From: the human T2T-CHM13v2.0 reference genome, Homo sapiens
Assembly: GCF_009914755.1 (NCBI RefSeq)
Contig: NC_060928.1
Reading direction: 5' to 3' (one strand)
DNA: 64,000 nucleotides
Part shown: positions 55,201-64,000 of the stretch, piece after piece
Layout: each line of letters begins with the position of its first letter
Position numbering within the stretch: the first letter of the stretch is position 1
Notes under the pieces: generated by a model
Database searches by the model: none
Told to the model about the DNA's origin: nothing
The model's input: only the letters and a program-made list of their open reading frames with translations
Translations under genes and position numbers: made by a program

Positions 55201-58200
55201 TATACACACTTTAAAATCAAAGAACTATTGTTTTCCAAATTAATTTCATGAATAATTTATTGAATAGTTTGGTAAAAAGGAAGAAAGACCCAATGAAACT
55301 AGCTAAAGAAAAATGAAATGGCATTTTCTGAATATAGCAGGTTCACAGATCTCAAAGGCCAGAAGATAATCAAAGCCAGGCCTCATGTGAATAGGAGCTA
55401 GAAATGGAAACATTAAGGATTGAAGTTATTCTCTCCCTTCTCTGGGGTTATGTGATTTCTCTCGGTGCTTCTGCTTTCTGTGAGTCTATCCCATCCGTCT
55501 CTCCCTTAACTGTTTCCCTCTGAGGCTTTTCTCCCTCATAACCTCTCATGCACAAAGCCTCATACTTGTCAGTGCAGTTCTAACTCTACTTCATTTCATT
55601 TCTTTCTTTCTTTCTTTTTTCAACTCAAGCACACACTTCCCACTGTAACTCTTTCCTCTCTATTGTTTCAAATTTCTGAGACAGAGATCTGATTAACCCT
55701 GCTCAGCATAATGAAGGATGGCACAAAAATGATGAGTTATCTGTCAGTCAGTCTGTCCATTAGCCTTTTTAAATCGGAGGTTCTCAGCTATCCAATTACC
55801 GGGGCCCAGAGCAATGTGGTCAAGTCATCCCCTGTCTACTTGTGGGTGGCTATGGGAGGTGCAAGTTATTTGAGAAGAGGTTAGGGTAGAACACATAGGA
55901 GCAAAAACTGAACTCAGTCAGACTCTAAGAGGGAAGCAACGGAGTAACACAGGAACACTGTATTGTATACTGGGTATAATGAGTAGAGTTATAGAAGGAG
56001 AGTACAGGCAAAGAAAAGTTAGAAAAAAGAAGAAAAGGCTCCACCAACCTTAGAATTTTGACTAGGTCTGCCTCTGAATACTATCATTTGTGTTGAATAG
56101 TTAATTATTTGATGTTTTCCTGATGATAATGAATAATTATACTGATATATGTAAATGAGGCATAAATAATATTCAAACTTTGTATTGAAATTTATAAAGG
56201 ACTGTCACACTTTGATGTGGTAGCATATTTGCCCTCCAAATGATTTTCTATTTAAATGAATCTACATTTATTGAGTATTCACATTCGTAAGCTTTTGTGA
56301 GTTAAAGAACTCACACTTTTTCTGGGTGGGTAGAAATTCACACACAAAGGACTAGCCACTTACCATGCCACTGAAGTGGCATTTGATAAAAAGATGATAA
56401 AAACTTACACGTGATTTTATTTTCTAACAAGCATTTAACATTGATTTCTTTTCTTGTTTTTTTTTCTTCTTCTCTTCTGAAATATCCTTAAGGTTTTTGT
56501 CACTGAGGTACTTTGATTGAAGAGAATTTTACCCTTGTTGCTTTGCACCTCTAAGTTGAGACCAGGTCCCATTGATTACTTTTTGGTTGACAAATGACAC
56601 AAATGTTAGTTATCCTTTCTGTCTTTGTATGTGAAGCTCAGATGTATTATATCATTGTACAAAACTGCATATGAAATCAATACACTCGAGGAAAATGGCT
56701 ATAAAACCACAATTCTTTAAGTCAAGGGAAAGTAAATTGCTTGTGCTACCCAGATAGTTTGGGATTTGTTGCCTGTTTCTACAAGAGAGATTTTCTTTCC
56801 AATAACTTCTGGCTCAAGAATTACAGTTAGTAACCATCAGCCTAAAAGTCTGATGCATTAATCTTTATATATGTTCCTTTCCATTGTATCTTACTTTATT
56901 TATGGAAATCATTTTGCTAGAGTAATACCATAGCTATACAACTTGTTTTCATGAGAAATTGAAATTTTAAAAAATAAATAAAAATAAAACTAGCGATGAA
57001 ATACCCTTTGAAAAGTACCCTGAAGAAATTACTATTTATTGGGTTTGATAAATGTTTTTCGAATTTTCTAAGAGGTTAGAAGTTTGGCTGTATTTATAAA
57101 TCATCACTTAACACTCTAGTGATTTTTTTGAAATATAACATTTTGAACTAACACTTCCTTTGTTCTAATCCCAGACTCATCTAACGGTTTGTATCTTGTC
57201 CCATTAATTTGTCATAGAGTAACACTCATGAGAACTTACCACAAAGCAAAACATGTGAATATGACAGGAGAGGTTTTTCAAAACTGTATTTCATCCCAAA
57301 ATCTTTAAAAGAGTCAAAAAAAATAAACAATATTCAATTAAAGCTGTGATTGTAAAAAGGTTGTCCATACAAATTTGAGTTTATTTTATTAAAATTTCAA
57401 ATGTAAAAATTCTCAATGCAACAAACTTCTTGATTAATTTCTTGATAGTCTCTAATACATTTCCAGCTGCCATAAATATCTTTTCACTAAGATGTTCATT
57501 GCTCCAATCACCTCCACTTTTGGACTCAGCAATGAGATTTTAATTAAAACATGCTGAGTAACTTTCATGAGTAAAGACTCTAATCTATATTGGCCTAGGA
57601 CTTAAGTCATAAACTTTTCTATCAGATGGCTTATCAATGCTCCTGATATTCTTTCTTATTATTAAAAATGAAATATAATATGTTAGAATTGATTTTATTT
57701 GTTTAATTTCTATTAAGTATATTATTAATTATTTATCAAATTTAAAGATGGATTCACAGTTCTTGAAAGAAATGTATTATTAGATGCTGAAGTCCAGAGA
57801 CCCTCACCTTCAGGAATGATCCTATTATTTAAATGAGAAGAAAGTAGCAATAATCAAAGTTAACAATTCGAACAATGTTTAAATTGAAACAATTGCTCAA
57901 ATTTATTTAGAGCTTACTAAATTCTGAGCATATTGTAAGTTTCCAATAATCATCTTTTTGTTTAATATATAGTAATTCTATATAAATAGTATTTTTCTCT
58001 CCATTTTACAAGTAAAGAAACAAACAAACAAAAAAAATCAACATTTTATTCAAGGTTATACAGCAAGAAAGTAGAGAATCCAGGATTTAAAGCCAAATTG
58101 TCGATAATTAGAGCCCGTGCACACTCCTCATACGTTTCTCTAGTTAGGGAAAGGCAGGCTGTAGCAACAGGTTATAAATCCTTTTATTTTGTTGTATTTA

Positions 58201-58336
58201 TTGTCTGCATATGATAAAGTTTAATTTCCTGCCACTCCATATTTGGTATACAGAGAGCTCATCTTATTTTCCAGAAGTACCTGAGCACATTCCCTCTGCT
58301 CTAAGTAGGAGAAAAGGCCTGAATTCAATCTAGAAT

Positions 58337-58735
58337 ATGGTAGCCATTCTACCCCAACTCTGATGGTTAGTGTCTGTTCCCCCATATTCATTCTGTCCTT
58401 CTCTGCCCTACTGTATTCCCCAAAAGCTCCCTTGCCCTCTAGATTCTTGTTGGACTTGGCAAATGGAAGAAATCAGCTGGAGATTGGAAGTCTGAAGGAA
58501 AGCGAATCTAGGATATTTATTCAAACCCTTTTCTTCTTGATCAGGAGTACTGTTTTGGCAGTGCCTCCCTTTCCATGACTTTACCTTGTACCCAGTTCCC
58601 TTAAGGACACAACTTTCACTTGCCACTGCAACTCTAAGGACAGTAATTCCTTCATCTCATTCTCAGTTCTGAAAAGCATCATTTTATTAAACTCCCTTCA
58701 ATTTTCCCTTTGAGCATGCATCCTGTTCCTTCTTA
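58337..58735. mobile_element. LTR33-like ERVL LTR
   Basis: GCTCCCTTGCCCTCTAGATTCTTGTTGG..TTGGCAAATGGAAG...GGATATTTATTC. Confidence 0.65.
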
Positions 58736-59764
58736 AAATTCTAATTAATGTATAATCCTTGAGTGTCAATCAGAAAGCTTCTTTCCAGTGAGTGATTATT
58801 TGTGTTGGCTGATATGATCAGACAGCAAAGAAAGAACAAATGCAAATTCTTTCTGGACAGTGCAAAAGAGATCTGGAAAAGATTCAGCAATGTATAAATC
58901 ACCAACTCCACACAGGCAAGCATACTTGAATCTGATTCTGGTCAGCAGCCATAACCAAGAGGTGTGATCCATGGGATCTGAGACTTGGCTTTCTAGGGAT
59001 GAGCTTTCTAGGAGGTGGAACTTCTATTAGAGTAAAGGATATCCATGTTGTTGATTGAAAGGTAATCAATCAAGATAAATTGAGAAGTATTAAAAGTGAT
59101 TAGGTATAATGTCTGTGCTAACTATGCATATTGATATGGTGCTCCATTCACCCCAGGCACAATGGATACAAGAAAACACCTTCACATCACGTCTGGGCAA
59201 TGTGTTTCCAATCTGGAATCAAGTCCTTTTTTTTGTTTGTTTTTTAAACTCAGGGGTGGATGTGGCCAAATCTGCCAAGAACACATTATTCTTGATGGAA
59301 ATAGGGCAGGAGCAATCAAAGACTCTTGTCAGGAGTGTAGCTGTTTTCAGCTGAATGGAGAGAACCAAGAAGCATTCCTCTATGGTTGATCCTATACCCA
59401 GTGGGAATTCACACTTTTAACAATGAGCTTAATGAGAGAATGCCAATGACACTGAACTAAAGAGTGTGAGGATGACATTCAAAGAAAACAAGAATGTCCC
59501 AAATGACCCAAAAAACACATTCTGCAACCATATAATAGCATTCATTAAGTAAGGTTCAGTGCAATATACTTAACTGGAAGAAAACCAACCTGTTCAATAA
59601 AAAAAATCAAAACATTGTTCTCAATTAATAAAATTGATAGCCAATGTATACCATTAGCTAATAAAATTCTTTAATGGCTTCTAAATTAGAATGATATAAA
59701 TAGTTTATAAATCATGTAAAGAGCAGAAATATAATATCTTCACTTAAGATGATTGCAAAAACAT

Positions 59765-60183
59765 CTCATTAACCTATTGTTAAAGAAAAAACATTCCAAA
59801 ACTTAGCGGTTTAAAACAACCATGTATTAATTCATGATTCTGTAAGTTGGTGCTTTGTCATTTGAGTTTTCTTTTTTCCCCTCAGCAATCTTTTACTCTC
59901 TAGGAGACTATCTAAGGCTTTTTCGCTTGGTTATAAGGTGTTCTTATATGTTATAAGAGGGTTACAGTAGAATTTGCAAGTATCCTTGAGGCCTAGATCC
60001 AGAAATTGCATAGCATCAATTCTACCACATTGTATTAGTCCAAGAAAATCTCAGAGCCAGCTCAGATTAAGAGGAGTGGAAATAGATTTTATCTTTTGAT
60101 GGAAAGTGTGCTAGTCACATTGCAAGGAAGCATGCATACAGGTAGTAGGAATTATCTATAGCCATCTTTTGCAATTCACCATA
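59765..60183 (-). mobile_element. MLT1H/I-like MaLR LTR
   Basis: CCAAAACTTAGCGGTTTAAAACAAC...TTGAGGCCTAG...TTCTACCACATTGTATTAGTC...GTCACATTGCAA. Confidence 0.75.
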
Positions 60184-62153
60184 GATAGATATATAGATAG
60201 ATGTCAGATATTAATCATTAAAATCATTTATTTATACATAATTGAATAGAATTTTTATTCAATAAAGTATTAATTCTTGAATGATATCCAGTCAAAGGAC
60301 TGAACTTTTAGGTTTTCTATTCATGTATATCCAAAGATGGGAAATATATTCAAGTTCCTTTTTTCCAAGATATACAAAACTAAAACTAATCCCAAAGCTA
60401 TTGTTTCTTATTTTACATTTATGAACCTATACACTAGTCTTAATGCTTTCTAGTTAAGTGGAAATAATTAAAACTAAAATACTTAAAGAAAACTGCAAAT
60501 GCAAGTTAAATTATAGTTAGTTAAGGTTAACGTGTTTTCTTCGGTTTCTTAAGAAATAATTAAAACAATTTAATGATGGAAAATTATATTTGTAAAAGGT
60601 GATATGTAGTTAAAATCCATTAAAAAATAGATTATGGATCACACTTAGAAGTACTTATAATTTATTAACTTCCAGCTAGTTATCTTGTTCTGTGCTCCCA
60701 GCAAATGGCATCTTTTGCTTGCCACGTTGTTTCTTCCTCCCTGTTCTTTGGATTGCTGTCACTGGAGCCAGAGGTTAACAGTGGAAGATGTTCTTCTAAT
60801 GACAACATTTGCTTGCACTGTAAAATTTGCTATGCATTGGTGGCTCTTTGCTTTTAGTTAAACTTTAATAGTGGAGAAATGAGATGCAAGTGTGGCCTTT
60901 ATGGAAGGATATATTGTCTTCATAGGAAAAAAATGTGTCAGGACATATATATGCATGAGGTTAAATAAAATCAGAGTCATTTAAACATTTATTTTCATGA
61001 ATGTTATACATTGGAAGGAATTAAACAAATTTATAAAATGTGTATTTTTGCTGTGAAGAGAACCTGTATGAAGAAAAGGTTCATTATGAATATGATTGTT
61101 GTTATATTTATCACAGAGTCTTGACAACAAAAATGTATTGCATGTCACTGAAACCTAGCACCTTCCATAAGGATTTCTGCTTTAGCCTTGCCCTAGGAGA
61201 GGATACCTATATGGCTACTCTCGGTATGAGAGGAATAGGCTTCTCTGTAAACGTTGAGTAACATGTTGATTTACACTTCACCCAGTGGGAAAAAAAAATG
61301 GGGAAAAATCTGTGATGTAGGTTATGGTGTCTCTAAGACAAAGAAAAACTGCTCTCTGTGGTTGATGTTAACCTCCAGTTTCATAGAAAGGAATCTAAGA
61401 AGGAGGAGAAACTAGGCTAAATATTAGGGGTGTCTCTTTATCTGGTGAATCTCTTTATGATGCCCCAAATGATGGATGTTTGGGGAAGATTTAGAGTCCA
61501 ATGTTTATATAAAGTAAAATTCATCTATCTGGATAATCTGTTTAGAGTATTTTTGTTTTTGTAAACAATCCAAATAATTGCCTGGACTATTGACTTATGT
61601 ATAATTTTTTAATATGATGGTTTATCATGACAGTTTCTATGGAAAACAGAAATTTGGATTTTGTGTGTGTGTGTTCTATATTTTAGAGGTCAGAAAGTGG
61701 GTACTCCAATGACATGAGGTTAGGATGCTAAATTAATTAATCAAGTTTCTCACATTTAATAAATGAAATAAAACAGTTGTACACAAAATGACTTTCTGGA
61801 GACTAGTTATATGACTATTGTTTATTTCATTTTCTAGAAATAAAATATTCTTAGGGGACAAAAAAGCAAAATATATCTTCCACCTTATAGAGAAAACATG
61901 ACAAACTTGCATGTCTATTTCACAACATTTACTTGTGAAACTAAATCTTGAAAAGCTATGTGCTTAGATTTGATTCCAACCCAGACTTCAGTACCTACAA
62001 TTTGAACTACTATTCAACAGTAACTTGGTTTATATTTGTAACATCAAAATTAAGAATACTTTTTATGGTGAAAGTTGCTCTTTCATGTTGAGTATTAGAT
62101 TTAACTACGTGTCCCCTCATTTACATGTGTGGTTTCTGAATTTATTGATCTTA

Positions 62154-62450
62154 TGTATTTATTTATTTATTTGACAGAGTCTCTCTCTGTTGTCCAGGCT
62201 GGACTGCAGTGGCACAATCTCAGCTCACTGCAACCTCTGCCTCCCGGGTTGAAGCAATTCTCTGCCTCAGCCTCCCGAGTAGCTGGGATTACAGGTGCCT
62301 GCCACCACGCCCAGCTAATTTTTTGTATTTTTAGTAAAGATGGAGTTTCACCATCTTGGCCAGGCTAGTCTTGAACTCCTGACTGCATTATCCACCAACC
62401 TCGGCTTTCCAAATTGCTGGGATTACAGGCATGAGCCACCGCACCTGGCC
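62154..62450 (-). mobile_element. AluS (Sg-like)
   Basis: Full dimer, (TTTA)n tail, short TSD TGATCTT. Confidence 0.93.
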
Positions 62451-62664
62451 TGATCTTTTTTCTTTCTATTGGTATCAAATACTTGAGGGAAATAAATAAG
62501 TTTTAAAGAGGAATTAGGAGGATGGTCCTTGCACATACTTATAGAGAGAAATTTCAGCTTTAAGGAATAGGAAGAAAGTAGAAAAGATTAAAATTAACAT
62601 AAAAATAAAGTAAGCTACCGATGTCAACCCTCCTGTTGCATATATTAGTTAAGCCTTTTGTTCC

Positions 62665-62970
62665 TAAAGTGTTTTCTGGGAAAAAAAAAATGTCTTAATG
62701 GAGCTTCAGGAACAAATAACAAATAAAAACCAGACAAAAGAAAACATGTTATGGTGAAATCAATTTTGAGAAATTGCACATTTTATTCACCATTAGAGAT
62801 TCATGCATAAACTCACACGTTGAAGCTGTCAAAAGTGTTACAGAAAAGAAACTCATCTTACTATTAGCTCAGCATTTTCCAAATATTTTATCATCATGGA
62901 ACACCTTTTTCTCATAACAGCTATTAATATGCTAAAGCAGAAATGTTTCTCTGGACACTTGGGAAATGAT
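62665..62970. mobile_element. MER103C-like hAT relic
   Basis: CAGCATTTTCCAAA...GGAACACCTTTTT...ACACTTGGGAAATG. Confidence 0.55.
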
Positions 62971-63489
62971 CAGAGACAATAAAAATGTATTAGCCCAAAT
63001 AATTAAAATCAGATATTTTAGAATAAAGTTTCATAGATTCTGATTATTTAGAAGCAAATTCATTTTAAGGTTGTCAAAATTTTATCCCTGGAGTGTAAAA
63101 GTATTGACTGAATTTATGATTCATTCACAGCAACCCAAGAGAATAATTTTAACAAGAGCAATTAAGTCAGATGCATGAATTCATCTTACGAAAAAAAACC
63201 AAAAAAAACAAAACAAAAAAAACACTATTTTTGGTAAAGGAGCATTTTAAATAATATCATGGTAGTTTAACCAATAGTTATTCTAGATTGATTCTGGGAA
63301 AAATAATAGATGTATAAGGAAATTTAGACCATCTATTTTAAATCGTCAAAATATGTGTATGATTTAGCTTTCCCTATACTATCCATGGCTTTTCTTTAGA
63401 CAACCAGAAGGAACTATAGGTAGAATAAAGAATTTCAGATGCACTAAGAGTTGAATTTTATATCCATTTCATTAATCTATTTAATTTAA

Positions 63490-64000
63490 ATCAATTTACA
63501 TTTTTTGAGTGCCTACTATATTCCATTCTCTATGCTTGGCTTCATATTAGTTTGTTCCCTCTGTTTGACTTGACATTGACTCATTCCATTCTAACATCAG
63601 CACTCAGAATTAGTTATTATTTTCAATACAGACAAGAAAGCGAAAGTCCATAGAAGTAAACTGACTTCTTGAATACCTCATAGTAAATGGTAGAGTCGGA
63701 ATATAGACCCCAGGGTTCTTGTACTTTATCTGAGGAAAGGTCCACATAATCACAGTATCCCTCTAATGCTTTCTATTATGTGAGAGCTCTTGGAGCACTG
63801 TTGCAAAGAATGCATGCTCCAGTGACAAACTGGGCTCTGACTCTGTCACTGCTGTTTATCATGTGTGACCTTGGGAATATAAGTTAATTTCTTTGGACAT
63901 AGTGTCACATTCATTAAATGGGAATAATCATTAAGAATATTGAGTTAATAAATGTACAGCACTTAAAACAGCACATAGCACAAAGTAGATGTTCTCTTAA
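63490..64000. mobile_element. Two MIR-type fragments (minus ~63490-63730, plus ~63800-64000)
   Basis: TTGAGTGCCTACTAT...TAGTAAATGGTAGAG; TGTGTGACCTTGGG...AAGTTAATTTCT...AAATGGGAATAAT...GCACTTAAAACAG. Confidence 0.7.

Overview
AT-rich, repeat-dense primate non-coding DNA, most likely human because two Alus carry all five AluYa5 diagnostic bases. I can support no protein-coding gene, CpG island or intact RNA gene, and I cannot name the locus. The recognisable ORFs are L1, Alu or MaLR remnants; the rest look like chance frames. Content: a near full-length old L1MA with a nested L1PB, a minus-strand L1M cluster carrying an AluY, a MER85 piggyBac MITE and a twin-primed L1PA, a two-LTR THE1B, many solo LTRs, hAT/Tigger relics, MIR/L2 fragments and five Alus. 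Most notable: a probable LF-SINE relic (~47.64-47.80 kb), two AluYa5 insertions about 200 bp apart, and several local templated-copy scars (10.1, 27.95, 31.7, 41.6 kb). I found no convincing novel multi-gene system. Repeat names come from recalled consensus sequences, not a database search, and boundaries of old elements are approximate.
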